Source: Bispira polyomma
Lineage: Eukaryota
NCBI GenBank assembly: GCA_965649765.1
Contig: OZ287752.1
Location: 77,562,001-77,626,000 of the forward strand
Reading direction: 5' to 3'
Length of the DNA stretch: 64,000 nucleotides
In this document: piece after piece, positions 23,666 to 37,313 of the stretch
Layout: the number at the start of each line of letters is the position of its first letter
How positions within the stretch are numbered: position 1 is the first letter of the stretch
Made by a program: the position numbers and the translations under genes
The notes under the pieces: generated by a model
What the model was told of the DNA's origin: nothing
The model's input: only the letters and a program-made list of their open reading frames with translations
The model's database searches: none

Positions 23666-26600
23666 TTTTTTTTTTTCTTTTTGTTGATTTTTTTTTTCAT
23701 TGACATATACATTAGCACTAATCACAAAAACACACTGTTACAATACAATAAAGACAAAAAACCAAACAAAACAAGATACCAAAAACCCTCTCCCCCCAAA
23801 AAAGCAACCCCCAAAAATTGCTGTATGCATGTCTATGTGGTGACTATATCCCAATTTATATCTTGTAAAATTTGTTTCACTTCGTGGTCAGTTCCCTCAA
23901 ATGATCCAGTAAGTATAACATTATATATTTCGAATTTTCTCTTGATAATATGTCTAAATTCTAGAAAAACTATATCTTTTTTATTTGTCCTGCAGTGATT
24001 TATGTACCACTTACCATAAACTGTGACAAAATTTACTATGACATTAGCTGGTATTACTTTTTCTGTCAATCCAATGCCAAACAACACTTCACAAATCGAC
24101 AGTTTAATCCTAGGTTTTAAATTTAAGGCCTCTGTTAACAAACTTTCAACCAGCTCCCAAAATTGTTTGCTACATGTACACAAGTAAATATGATGCTCTA
24201 ATGTGTCGATACAGGCACAAAAATTAGAAAATGGGTTTCTCTAATACTCCATTTATACAGATTATAGTTACAGTTTAAGGTTCTATTAACGATCTTATAC
24301 TGGAATGTTTGTAAATATGTTTCCTTTATGGTATAATGTATTGCATTAAAAATACATTTCCAGGGAGCGACTTCTAAAGAAGGGAATAAATCCATCCATG
24401 TGTCAATAGAAGTAGGTTCTTTTAATTTTCTACTAACTACTTCCCAGTATAGGGCTTTATTGCTCACTTTGCTAAAGCTCATCATTTTCCCTTTTATCCT
24501 TATACAAATATTGTGATACTGCTGCATACCCTGAGTAATTGTCTTTAACCTTTGTTTCCATGATTTTGGTATAGCGCTACACAAAATATTATAATTGTAT
24601 AAACTAATATTCCAGTTGAGTTGACTTTAATTTTTAGGTTTTGAAATTTTAGAAGATGTCCCTTATCATCTACAATATCTTTTATTGTTATATTCTTTGT
24701 ATTGCTCTTTAATAATTTAAAAAGTTTGTTTTCTAGGGGTTTGCTGTCTGAACATATGAATTTGTTGTCAAAAATGTATTCATTAAATATTTCCTCCAAG
24801 GTCTCTGGAGGTCTGCTGTTAATTACATGCCAGCATTCCAATACCTGTTTGTGAAAAACATTGCGGCCTTTATCACAGTAAGACAATGGTAATTTATGCT
24901 TAATTACATCTCTATTAATATTTAACATATACCATGTTAATGACGCCCATTTGGGCATTTGAGTATCATTTGAAATTAATCTTTTAATCCATTTTATTTT
25001 AGCACAAATATGAATACTAAAGATATCAGGCATTCGCAGCCCTCCTGAGCTGAAGTTAGATAAAATAGTTTCTTTCTTTATCTTAGCAGGTTTTTTGTCC
25101 CATAAAAAATTGAATAACATTTTATCTATTTTCTTTAGTATATTACTTGGACAGTAGCACATTGACAAGATGTGACTAATCTGAGGTATTACCAGAGTTT
25201 TTATGATCATCACTTTTCCTTTCCATGAGAGATTTCTAGACGACCAAATATTCAAGATCTTTTCCATAGATTTCAATCTACTGTCAAAATTTAGTCTGGT
25301 CATTTCTGCTTGGTCAAAGGAGAACCATACTCCTAATGTTTTAAAAGCTTCATGACTGGCATGAATCTTGCCAAGTTCTTTTGGGCGTTTTAACGGTTTT
25401 AATTTACATTTCCCTATAGGTACTACTGTTGTTTTTTCTAAATTTATTTTTAGACCAGAACATTTTTTGAAATTGTTCAATGATGAAACTGATTCTACTA
25501 GTGAAGTAATATTACTTAGAAATAAAGTTGTATCATCTGCCAGTTGGCATATTTTGTATTCCTCTTTACCTACGTTAATTCCACTGATTGCCTTATTATT
25601 TCGAATGTATATAGCCAAAATCTCTGCTACTAAAAGGAAATGTAGTGCTGAGATAGGACACCCTTGTCGCATTCCCCTAGTGAGGTTGAAATATTGTGAG
25701 AAGTAGCCATTATTGCAAACACAAGACTGGATATTCTTGTAAAGTATATTTGTCCACTTTAAGAATGTTTCACCAAAGTTGAAAGATTGTAAGCATTTAG
25801 AAAGGAAAGACCATTCTACACTATCAAATGCTTTTTCAAAATCAACAAGTACTAAATAGCCAGGTAAGTTGCTTGTATCAGTGTAAGATATGATATCTTC
25901 TATAATTCTAACATTTTGTCCAATGTATCTATCTTTCAGATATCCAACTTGATCGCTATTAATCAATTTGGGCAGAACTTTTTGAAGTCTGTTAGATAGT
26001 GCTTTTGTTAATATTTTGTAGTCTGTATTCAAAATACTAACTGGCCTCCAGTTACGTAGGTACCTTAAATCTTTGCCTTCTTTTGGAATAAGTTTGAGAA
26101 TACCTCTTCTTTGATCATCTGTCAGTGTGCCACTTTCAAGAGAGTAGTTGAAGCTATCAAACAATATATCTTTAATATCAGGCCAAAAAAACTTATAGAA
26201 ATTAGTTGTGAACCAGTCATTTCCAGGTGTTTTGTCATTAGATAATTGCTTTAATGCTGTTGAAATTTCTTCCATCATTAATACTTCATCACAAAATTGT
26301 TTCTCTAAATTATCCAATTTTGGGATATTTTGGTCAGTAAGAAAGATTTTTTTCAGTATCATCTGTCTCCATAATCTTTGACAAACAAAGATTTTCGTAA
26401 AAAAGCTTCTGTTCCATCAAAATAACATCTGGCTCTGTAATTTCATCGCCATTAGATTTTATTAGTTTCTTTATATATTTAATGTTATAATTTCTCTTTT
26501 CTAAATTGATGAAATATTTTGTATTCTTTTCCCCCTCTTCTACCCACTGAGCTTTTGATCTGAGAATAATACCGTCTGTCTTTATTTTTTCTAAGTTTTC

Positions 26601-26736
26601 CCACTTGGATTTAGTTTCATAATATTCATTCATTTTATCTGGGTTTTTATTTATCTCTTTTTCTAATGTTTCTAATTTTCCTAAAATCTCCTTTTCATTC
26701 TCCCTTGTTTGCCTTGACTTTAGTTTTGCAAATATA
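23666..26736 (-). mobile_element. Tx1/L1-clade non-LTR retrotransposon, 5'-truncated, 13-bp TSD
   Basis: TSD ATTCTGT(A/G)AGGAT at 23653-23665 and 26737-26749; poly(A) tail (T-run from 23666); ORF2 remnants below; no endonuclease domain or ORF1. Confidence 0.93.
23833..26736 (-). pseudogene. Tx1/L1 ORF2 (RT and C-terminal Cys/His region) with three frameshifts
   Basis: ILRSKAQWVEEGEKNTKYF, KTPGND, LIPKEGKD...NWRPVSILNTDYKIL, DFEKAFDSVEW, RGMRQGCPIS, QLADDTT, SGLKINLEKT, GGLRMPD, FQYKIVNRTL, and across a frameshift FC.CIDTLEHHIYLC..SKQFW; breaks near 26350, 24570, 24235. Confidence 0.95.
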
Positions 26737-27253
26737 ATTCTGTGAGGATATTAAACCTATCACTGATCCCACCTGCTAGTTGAGCCTTGGTGTGTTTTTC
26801 AAGCAAACAATTATTGTTCATTTAATTGACCTAGTTTTTATATTAAAATCAATTTCTACTGAATTTATACCCATAACTTAGGGCCACCTTAGAGCATTAA
26901 ACTGACAATAAATCACTCTTGAAGTTAATTTAGAAGTAAGGGCCATCTTAAACTTTTAAGATCGCCCTAAAGTAAGAGGTAATTGTAAGTAACCTTAAAC
27001 TCATAGTCCGACCTATTATCAAAAACAATAATCCAAGACTTTTTTCAGTTTAGTCTTTAGTGTAAACTATACTGTCTGTATAAAATAATCAAGAACTAAT
27101 ATTTACAAAAAAATTTTAACTTATTATAATAATTATCCCAGATGAAAGATATAATGAGCTTTATGTTTGGCTGTACATAACTTAATCAATACTAGTATGA
27201 ACATTTAATAATAAAAGGATTTATATGATGTGTATTTTGTTTCGATTTGGTAA

Positions 27254-28110
27254 AGGGGGGGTTCCACATTCAAGTTCGATTGGCAAAATGGGCCCGATTT
27301 TAAAGTCGGGAAGGTCGGGGAGAAAAAATCAATAAAATCCACTTTTTGGGCGGGAAAATGACAATGTGTCCCGACCTTGCTGATCGAACTGATTGCACCC
27401 TGTTTTAACACCGATCTTACTTTATTAGTGATAGGATCTAATGTATCGCCCTAGAATCGAACGTATCGCCAATAGGATCCGATGGATTTAGATCCCCGAC
27501 CATAAAGATCGAACGTATATAAGTCAAGTCGGGACTGTTATTGTATATAAATATAGATGACAAATGAGGTGACCTTATGAAATAAAAGAAATAATGCCTG
27601 TTTAGACCTAATTTTTGATGAAAGTTTGTTGTAAATAACAGCCAATAAATTGATCGTTCGCGTACATGAACTGCACCAGAAGTGGGTTTGATGTAGTAAA
27701 GGTAAACAACTTTTAATCTGATTTCCATTATCGAGACAGACAAAATAGGCTTGCATATGTGTTTTCATACATATAATTCTTCCCGCCCTTCCCCCCCCCC
27801 CCCCCCCCCCCCGACCTATACATTTCGACGGGCCAGCGTTAGGACAGGCCGGGAGTGGTATTAAGCCCTATCAGACAGAGCATATCACAAATAGGATCAA
27901 ACTTATTCGCTGAAACCGACCTATACGTTTTTGAAGGTCCGGGACTGAAGTCGGGATACTTTTACAAAATATTAAACTTTTTTGATATTCTTCCTGACCT
28001 TCCCAACCACCCCATTTTCACCCCCGACCTATACGTTTTGCCGATTTTCCTGTTATCGATCACAAAGTCGGGAAGGTCCGGGACTAAATCCTGAATGTGG
28101 AACTCCCACT
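27254..28110. mobile_element. PIF/Harbinger-like MITE, TAA TSD
   Basis: TIR agggggggttccacattca / tgaatgtggaactcccact; TAA at 27251-27253 and 28111-28113; many internal cccgac/gtcggg motifs; homologous in reverse to 44630-45216. Confidence 0.85.
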
Positions 28111-30219
28111 TAACATGTATAGTGATAGGCATTGCATTGCAGTTTATGTACCCTTTATTAATTGTTAGGATCAATAACAGAATATCAAAATTTATACACG
28201 AGTCTATACTAATCAGTTGTCTATATTTTTTAGCTATTTAACTATACTATATGTTTGTAATGATGTTAATAACTGTGAAAAAATGAAATACTAATAAAAA
28301 ACCTTAAATATCTGAAGTACCATAAAAATCAGGCATAAGATACAGAAATAAGAATTGTAAGCAGAAGAAAAAACAAAGAAATATATGAGTTGGTGAGTCA
28401 CATGGCCAGTCCACACTATTTTGTATTGTTCTAAACTACCCCTCCAATTCTTATATATAGATGTCGATTTTGCAACAAATAATCTAGATACAAACAAGGA
28501 AGGATTGTTGACAATATTGCAAGAAAGTGGATAATACTTGATCAAATGTTTAGTGATCCTACTTGACCAGGCTAAGAGCCTATGCTTTGTTTGATTGTTA
28601 TACTTATTTATTTTGTGTGTTTTTTTTTCTGTCCTTGTTTGAAGGTCACCAATCTATCATCCAATGAAAACAGGCAGGAAGTGCCTCAACAAAATAGGCC
28701 ATCCATCAAAACCTGGGACAAACTTCTCTGTTTACTCAGGAAGATTCCACTAGGAGGAAGTCGACTGCAGCTTTCCATTCATAGTGCAAGGATTTTTACA
28801 GGGTTGCAACATAGTAGATCCCTCCACCCAAGTAAAATTTGGAATTTACCTATTATTTTTTTTAATACTCAAAAACTTTATTCTTCATTGTGAGAGTAGT
28901 ACGGTAATTACAAAGGTAATGACAATATCCCAGTATATACATACAATAATAACTAACATGCAAATATAAATATTATACATGTAGATTTACTTAATTTTTA
29001 CCTAAAGTTAACCCTATTGAGCACCTCTGGGTTGCCATCATATATGCTGTTATAGCAAAGGAAATCTTCAAATTAAACTGGTACAATTGGAGAAATTTAT
29101 CCCCAAAGAAGCTTACAACTCTCTTCGTCCAGAGCATGTCTCGAAGGATTCCTATAAAAAATGCTGAACAAAATAACTGAATAATAGCTGATAATTAAAT
29201 TTAAATGAGTGTCATTCAAATATATTAATGATTGATTTTGTAGCTTAGGTTTTGCAGTTATAATCTTTTGTTTTATTTTATGTCCTTTACAGTTAACTGT
29301 CCAAACTACAATATAAAGAATCAAATCATGAACTAACATTACATATACAATAAAAAAAATATATTTCACTTTCAGCCTACTAATAAATAAAAAAAATATA
29401 TTCCAATTTTATCCACACTTATTGGGTGTGTGTACCATTTTTAGCAACCCTGCATATTATATAAGACCCTTAATGAACAATGGTAAGCATGAACTTTTCT
29501 ACGAAACATTACAACCTAGTTTACATTTAGTTCGAGTTTAATGGCGCTTTCGACAAGTGCATACTATATTGTGGTGGATAGGATATTGACGAATTAGTTT
29601 AGTCCTAGTTTACCAATTCTACTGCCAAATTTTTGACACACAGGAAATCGCCAAGATTTAAACACATATAACTGCAGAGGAACACTATTATCAATACACA
29701 ACCGGAACAACCTGTATGAAAACCTTAAACAATAATATGACATGGTATACTTCTATTAAACATACATTGTAATATTCTGTTATAGTTAACAATGTGGAAT
29801 ATCTTTAGCAAAGTATCATATGGAGGCAGAAACATTGCTTTGAAAATTAATATAAATATACATATATAGACCGAAAACTCTAAGATTCAATAGGTGAAAT
29901 AATTTATCAAAGCATGTGATTGGGTAGAGTAAGCAATCTGAAATTCCACAGTGTATCTGAATTATTTGAGCCAAATTTATGAAGACTTGCGAAACAATTA
30001 CTGGAATTTAGGTAAGACCGGCAAAATAGTAACAAAAATCTTTTACCAAAAATACATTTTCTAAGTGGCGAATTTCAGATGCAGTGGCGAATCTTAGATT
30101 CCTTCCTGTAAATACATTTATTTATTGCCACAGTGTGACATTTTATGAGCATTATTCACATATATATCAAAATTGGGATAAAACCTTCCAGTTTAAAAAC
30201 ATGAAACACAAAAGATTAT

Positions 30220-30421
30220 TTAATTTAGTTATAGGTCTCTTTCAACAGCTTAGTTTGTACAACAACAGTCTGATTTAATGGTGGAGGAAACCATAAAGAA
30301 CTGGCCTATGGCCAGTACCTAAGAAACTTTCCCACATGAAGGAACGAACATGATTCGAACCAACATTGGTGAGAGACCAGTGATTCTGAATCTTCTAACC
30401 ACTATAGACCATCACAGCCCC
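30220..30421 (-). mobile_element. SINE family B
   Basis: Reverse complement ggggctgtgatggtctatagtggttagaag...cactggtctctcaccaatgttggttcgaatc...catgtgggaaagttt...ttcctccaccattaaatcagac. Confidence 0.8.
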
Positions 30422-32504
30422 ACCATGATTAAGGTTAAATGGATTTGTTCTTAATGTGTGTGTATAGAATCTCTTTGTGTGGATGTATGTCTGTATGCTA
30501 GGCAGTCCGTATGGGTGGATTTACAAATCAAAACAAACCATATTACCATGAGAATTCTGTTTTATTCTTTGGGCTGCTTCATTTCTTTTCTCCCTTGAGA
30601 ACCTTTTTGTTTTAACACTTCCTATTCTATTACTCGATCTAGAGCTGCCTTTATAAGCTAGTTCCCTGACTGTTGATCCACAACACAAGTGGTTGTTTTG
30701 AATCAAGGTTAAGAACCCAGTCCTGGCCAGGTACCCAGGCTATCTGACACGAGTTCAAACAGCCCCAAAGTTTGTTTTCTTAATTACTCTCAATCTGCGT
30801 CTTCTTTTCTTCTTTCCTCAAGAGAGTAGCATGCCTTAGTGTGGGACGTTCTCAAGCTCAGAAATTGCAAAACTTGAACCAACACTGTGTTCTGTACATT
30901 ATGGTGTCAACATGGAAATTTCCAGATGTACAAAAATGTATCTAAAATTCACTGTGTTAATGGATTTTGATACAGCATAAGCCAATTTAAATGAATAATT
31001 GAATGAATGGTTTCATTACTATAATTATTCATTCCTATGATTCTCTGGGTATATCTGACAAGGAAACACCTTAGTAATATGGCATTACTACTACCCACCA
31101 TGCAATGAATAATTATGTCTTGAGATCAGAATGGATACAAGGCCTACATCTCACATATTGTATCTGGTTTGTGAGTTGGTCTGTAAGTGAGCACCTTTGG
31201 TAGCCATTGGAGAATGGCAAGATTTGAAAATGCCTGCTGATATTGCCAATTAGTGATGTTTTAGTGTCATGATTAATGGTGCATTCAGATGTCGCAGAAT
31301 GCTTAGCATCAATAATGTCTGTTACAAATCTATAATGCCATAAAATAAAATAATTTAATCAAGTCTTTGAAAAACCTGCTTTGTTGTCAGAAGTAAACTT
31401 GATTACCCGTATCTGTTTGATAATATCATTCACATCGCTAGGTCAAAAATAAGGCAAAAAAAGTAAAATTTTAATTAGTTATACAATTATATTTCCTTTC
31501 TATTAGAGCTAGAATATGTTTGACCACTTGTAATACTAATAAGGTCATGTGATATTTGTTCAGTTCAACATTAGTCCAAGAGAATAACAATTAATACCAC
31601 AGTGTCAGTTGCAAAGCGTGGAATTCTTTGTTTTGGCTCAATAATCACATCTAAGCCAGTATTTTTCAAAAAATCAATATCAATAGAGATTATGTGTATT
31701 TAATGTGCTTTGAATGAACCGTGCATATATTTTACCTATCTTTCTTGTAACCAGAGATATAAGAATTTTAGATGTAACTTTGAGTCAGGTTTGAGCTTTA
31801 GAACTTTCGTGAGTAAGTCCCCTGTTAAATTAAGTGAAGTACGAAAACCGCAGAGGAATCCTGTAAAAATATTTAGAATAAACCTAAAGTGATCTTAAAA
31901 GTTGGCGAAAAACCTTTAAGCTTTATTGATTAAAAGAAAATCCTCCCTCACTGCTTTTTTATTGTAAAGAGGAAATGCTGTTTGTGGAATTAGGGACTTT
32001 CCTTCTGAAGCTGTGTGTTCTCATAGGTTTTCTTCTCACAGAGCCTGGCCATTCTAATTAGTTTATTTTGTAAGCATGTGTAAAAAAAATAGCCACAAAA
32101 GGCCTAAGACAAACATTGACAACTGGTTCTCACGAGTAAAATTTTACTAAAAGTAGAACAAAGGTTTCTTTTAAAAAACCTCTTTCTCTCTCTTCAGAGT
32201 GTTAAAAAACACACCTTTACTCACAGGCTATAAGGTGTAGGTAATTAAGGATCTTACAACAGGAGTAAAGTTCTATTTTTTAGTTTAACCCATATATCTC
32301 TGTACATTGGTTTTTGAGATTAAAAAAAAGCTCATCCTATTACATATAATTACATGCAATCCAGCTAAGACTCTATATTTGTCAAAGTAACTGACATTAT
32401 CCTACAAAATGATACATTGAGGAGTCACTTGTATTTTGTATTTGTTGTATTATATCTTTAACACAACAGCCCAAATAAATTAAAAACCAATCATGTGACC
32501 TTTT

Positions 32505-32698
32505 CTATAGCCTTGGTTGTCATCAGTAGACAATGGCATGTTCATATCTTGCCCAAAGATGTTACCCCACCAATGGATCTAGCGACATTAGCAGTAGTCG
32601 GGCCGGGGACCTTCCAAGCAATGCCCCCCGAACTGATGGAATAAAACCGAGGAGCTTCTGATAACCAGACCAAATCTCTAACCACTAGGCCATGGGAG
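32505..32698 (-). mobile_element. tRNA-derived SINE family C (CORE-like motif)
   Basis: Reverse complement tggcctagtggttagaga...tggtctggttatcagaag...aatgtcgctagatccattggtggggtaacatctttgggcaagat matches 47490-47670, 54150-54335 and 45440-45665. Confidence 0.7.
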
Positions 32699-35636
32699 AT
32701 GATGGTCAAATGAACATCATTGTCTACCACAATTATAAAACAATTCAAGTCCATCTGAGTGAATTGGCGTAACATACCCATGATGGACATTAGTAGCTAG
32801 AATTCGGTGATTTACGCGGTCAGCCACTATATGAATGAAACTCCTCTATTAAGCTTAGTTTATTCTGTACATTATCATCACTTTCAACAATTGACAGACA
32901 CAGTTCACTGGTGAAGGAAATTAGAACACTGCAGTTGATCAATGGTTTCTCACTGGCCTCCAGCAAGTCTACTGCAAACTCAGTGCCATGGTTTCTCATG
33001 AAGGCAGAGGTGGGAGGCGAGTATGTTACCAATACATCACTGAGGCACCTTATCATAAAACTTTTAATGGGAATATATATTAATAGAACATGTCTTTTGT
33101 CCCAGGACACTGACTGTCTACCCTATTAGACTTAGACACTTTAAGTGTTCTCTCAGTGTTTTTCTCAATCCTAAGACATTGTTTTCCTTATTAGATTTAG
33201 ACACTATAGTGTGTTCTATATCCTGGTACATTGACTCCCTTGTTAGACTTACACACTTTAATTGTTCTCTTGGTCCAAAAAAGTCAGTTTTTAAAAGCAG
33301 GTAGCTGAAGTTGAGGGCAGTATCTGACCAGTGCTAGATGTGTTGCTGTAGCCTGGTGGGTAACACATGCTCCCTACACTATAGTTATGAGCTGCTAAAC
33401 ATTGTATGAGACCTTAAAATCATCATTGTATGTTAGAGGTCTGTTATAAGTTTTAATTGTTTTGGAAAATGGGTGGAAGGAAATTTAGTGTTTGTGGGTG
33501 ATCTTTTGTAGGATGTGCAACCATTTCGATTGTGTCCAGGATTTGCTCTTTACAAGTGATCCTGGCCATCACCTTCCGACACAAACAATAGCTTCTTGTG
33601 AGACTGCTTATCAATTACACGACAAACAATGGGTGATTAGTGACAGTAACTACTCGCAATAAGTACAATAACTAGTCACCACCAACTTCGACCACCAAAC
33701 AATAGCTTCTTTGTTTAATGATCTTCAATGATCTTTTAAACATTAGACATTGACCTACGATAGTCTTCAACCTGTGTTTAGTTATCTGAGACATTCGCAA
33801 GACATCTGCAAAACATCCAAAAGACCAATCTTTAGAAATCTATACTGGTTGATAATATTCGTAGACAAGTCTTACGATGATCTTAAGACTGGCAACTGAA
33901 ATTCCTGTTTGACTGCCACTAAAAATTAGTAAGACCTGGTTTCACACAGTCTTTAATGTCCACGGCTTTAATTACATTGTAAATGGTGTTCAGCAGCTGG
34001 TATCCGCAGTGTGACCAGGGCTTTAGGATCACAAAGGACTTGGGTTCCATCCTAGTTTGTGGCACCCAGGTATATATAGATACATAATGGCTTGAACCAA
34101 TAAAATTAGTCCTTTGTCATTAGGTCTCATACCCGGTGGCAGGCTTAAGAACTTCTATCTTCAGTTAGAGGGAATGGTAGTTATTGGTGCTAGTTGGATA
34201 TACTTGGACAGTCAAGAAAAGGTTGATAAGTACTTTAAAGTGCCAGACATAGGCAGATAAAATTTAAATAAAATACAATGAAGCATTTTACAAGTATGCA
34301 AACTCTATGAAAGAAAACAACATTTTCTTCAACTGATTAAAAAATGTACATTATTAGCTTGACACTTGACTTCTATATTTACTAAAATCATTCATAGCTT
34401 CCCAAAATATAACCTCAAACGGTTTTTAAGAAGCAAAACAGTGCTTTGCATTACTGTACATTAGTTGTTTTGTGTGGAGGTGAGTTAAGAACAAAAGCCA
34501 GTTGGTTTGGTGCTGAACTGCATTATTGATGATGAAACTCATGCCTCAGTATAACTGGTTATTATTAACCATGACATGCTGTGGTTAAAGTAACATGTAT
34601 ATAGGCTGATAAGTCTACTGAACCCATATCTCCAAATCACAGGCTAGGTTAATTAGAATGAGCAAGAACCAAAACACTGGTGGATTTCACTGGTTAAACA
34701 ATTTTAATTGCAAAAAATATAATGGCCAATGTTTGAAAAAAAAAGCATTGATAGTTTTTTCCTTCCAAAGTTTATCTACTGCATATGTTGTTTTAAGTAA
34801 ATTATTCATGAAGACTAAATATTTGGCATATTTTATGTCTGATTAATATGGCATATGTCTAAAGTGTCGGAAGAAAACACATTTTGGGTTTATCAAAATA
34901 GAGTGTATATTTACTGTTTTAAGGTCTCCACACCATGCTGGACTGGCTATATTTAGGGTATATATTTCACATTTCTAAATATGGGAAACAAGTGTGTGTA
35001 TGACTCGTGAACTTTTTAACAGTTTAACTTGCATACGGTAGAAATTCTGGGGCTACATTCACAAAACACTATTAGACTTCCATTCCAAGAATTTTCTTCT
35101 TTTTAATATTTATCTATTTTTTGATTATTCGCCATTTGAATGATGATGAAGAATAAGACTGTACAAAGTTGTACTCAATATGCAGCGAGTTAAAACACAT
35201 GTTGCTTCTTGTTATGGTCAATTTCTTAGAACATTCTTAGTCTCAGCCAATCGGATTGCTTCAGACTGTTTGACCATCCAATCAAGTTCCTTGATACCAA
35301 ATTTTAAGAGTGAGTGAGAATATGTGTGACTACCAGTCCTACAGGCCAAATCATGTGCCATTTGCCTTATCCTAGCCTCAGTAGAAGTCTTTAAGTGTTT
35401 TAGTGGATCACCGATGTATGCAGATGTCATTAGAGAGATCAGTATGGGAAATGAGCATGTGTTGGGGTGGAACCTGATTCTTCGTCTATAGACAATTCCT
35501 CACATAAAGGTATTAATTTACAGATTAGCATATTTGCTTGCATAAAAATGTTGTTGTTCCCTGTAACATAAACTGATGTAATTATTTTATTATCAGTTCT
35601 GCTTGCTGAAACAGTCTTAAAATATAATTGATATCA

Positions 35637-35822
35637 CAGTGACACTTATTATATAAAGACCACCCAATGGAATCCTCAAAAGTGATCTCGAATATTATTA
35701 TTAACAGGTTGTCTTTACATAGAGGTTGAAGATTATTAAACATTAATTTTGGGAAATAAAAGTGTGGTCTTTATAGAGAGGTGGTGTCTCTATAGAGGTG
35801 GTTTTTCAAGCAGGTGTGACTG
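35637..35822. mobile_element. Tc1/mariner (pogo-like) MITE
   Basis: cagtgacactt...aagaccacc at left; gtggtcttt...gaggtggt...caggtgtgactg followed by TA at right. Confidence 0.65.
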
Positions 35823-35829
35823 TAGAACG

Positions 35830-36202
35830 AGTATTGTGCTGCCAATGACGGCTTTTTTAAACCGATGTATAGCCGATTGACGACAGAGAAGCTACCATTA
35901 GCAAAAGGTTGTAAATCAAAAACGGCAAATATAGAGAAAGAATCTGGTTGAAATTAATATATACCCTTATTCCTTATATATGATGTAGTAGCCGATTTTC
36001 TATTATTTCATGCCAACATGGTACATATCAAGTAATATAAAATAAAAACTACAACCACAAATATTGGCACAACTCTGTGGGCCATTTTTACGAATTTACA
36101 ACATTTTGCTTAAGGTAGCCATTCTGTCCCTTTTCGTGATTTAGCCGTCAAAATAACAGCAGAAATCTCGCTAAATAGGTACAAATTATTCGGTTTAGTG
36201 TG
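35830..36202. repeat. Dispersed ~370-bp repeat with internal imperfect inversion; second copy 41260-41642
   Basis: gccaatgacgg...gaatctggtt...ttccttatatatgat...tttcatgccaacatggtacat...ttctgtcccttt...attattcggt shared co-linearly by both loci. Confidence 0.85.
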
Positions 36203-36775
36203 ATTGTATTTGAATACACCTTACGTCTATCATCATGTTTTGGTTAAGCACTTCATGACCGGTTGATGAAAAACTGTTTCTGTACTACAATTGTGCCTAT
36301 TTTGGTCAGTGGTTAAGAAAGAGGACATATATGCCTCATATCGGGTGACAATGTGTTTGTACAAAAACTTATTTATCATTAGAGAACCTGGGTTTGTATT
36401 CTCCAAAGGAACTTAATCTCAAACTCAGACTCAACTTAAGTAAAGGATACTTGTAACTCATGTATATAGAAATGATCAGTATTTGTGACCATTCATTTTG
36501 ATGGAGCTTTCAGTGCAGAATACAAATATGCAGTTAGGTTGTATGTCTGTATGTTTAATCTAGCCAGAGATGTGTGTACCTTTTATTTGAGCTTTGACTG
36601 TTGGTGGGCTTGAGATGTTCGGAGTATATGACCACTGCACTGTCAACTACATTGGCAAAAAACAATATACCAGTTGGTATATGTACTTTTCATAATACCC
36701 TAAGAAAAGACGTTAAAATATGGTTAGGATAGTAAAAAGTGAACACTTAAAAATACATATTATATATAACATAAC

Positions 36776-37128
36776 TAGGGAAACCATACAGGTCATACCA
36801 AAAAATATTATCTCGTAATTTCAAGATAGTGCTATCTCGTAATTTCAACATAAGGTTATCTTGAAATTACGAGATACCACTATCTTTAAATTACCAGATA
36901 GTGTTATGTTGAAATTAGAAGAAAGATATATCTTGTAATTGCGAGATTATAAGATTAACCCTTCTTGTAATTTAACATATATCTCGTAATTACGAGGAAA
37001 CCTTATGTTGAAATTACGAGATAGCATTATGTTTAAATTATGAGATAACCTTATGTTGAAATTACGAGAAGACACTTTCTTGTAATTACAAGATACCTTT
37101 TTTTGTATGACCTGTGTAGGCTTCCATA
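36776..37128. mobile_element. MITE with 6-bp TSD and internal palindromic ~24-bp repeats
   Basis: TSD CATAAC at 36770-36775 and 37129-37134; TIR tagggaaaccatacaggtcatac / gtatgacctgtgtaggcttccata; interior of tatctcgtaatt / aattacgagata units. Confidence 0.85.
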
Positions 37129-37139
37129 CATAACCCTTA

Positions 37140-37313
37140 TTTTGTATTTGGTTCAAATTCTATTTGTTCTTTCATGTGGGAAAGTTCATCAAATACGTAT
37201 CGTAGGTCTGTGGTCTATGGTGCCTCAGCACTTCTAATTCCTTCCACCATTGAATCTGACTGTTGTGATATGACCTAAGCTGTTGAAACCGACGTAAAGC
37301 CCAACCCAACTAA
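37140..37313 (+). mobile_element. SINE family B, 5'-truncated
   Basis: tcatgtgggaaagtt...ttccaccattgaatctgactg...atatgacctaagctgttgaa...cgtaaagcccaac. Confidence 0.7.

Noticed and set aside
25368-25706. Antisense ORF within Tx1 RT (and 13410-13604 within the YR-element RT)
   Set aside because: Shadow ORFs on the opposite strand of real coding sequence.
28582-28893. 103-aa ORF with an acceptor-like site near 28644
   Set aside because: No recognisable domain, weak donor, no partner exons; cannot be supported as a host exon.
32542-33129. Cluster of 72-96-aa ORFs
   Set aside because: Partly overlaps a SINE; no recognisable motifs.
35218-35430. 70-aa ORF with protein-like composition
   Set aside because: No motif recognised; may be an old TE remnant but unsupported.
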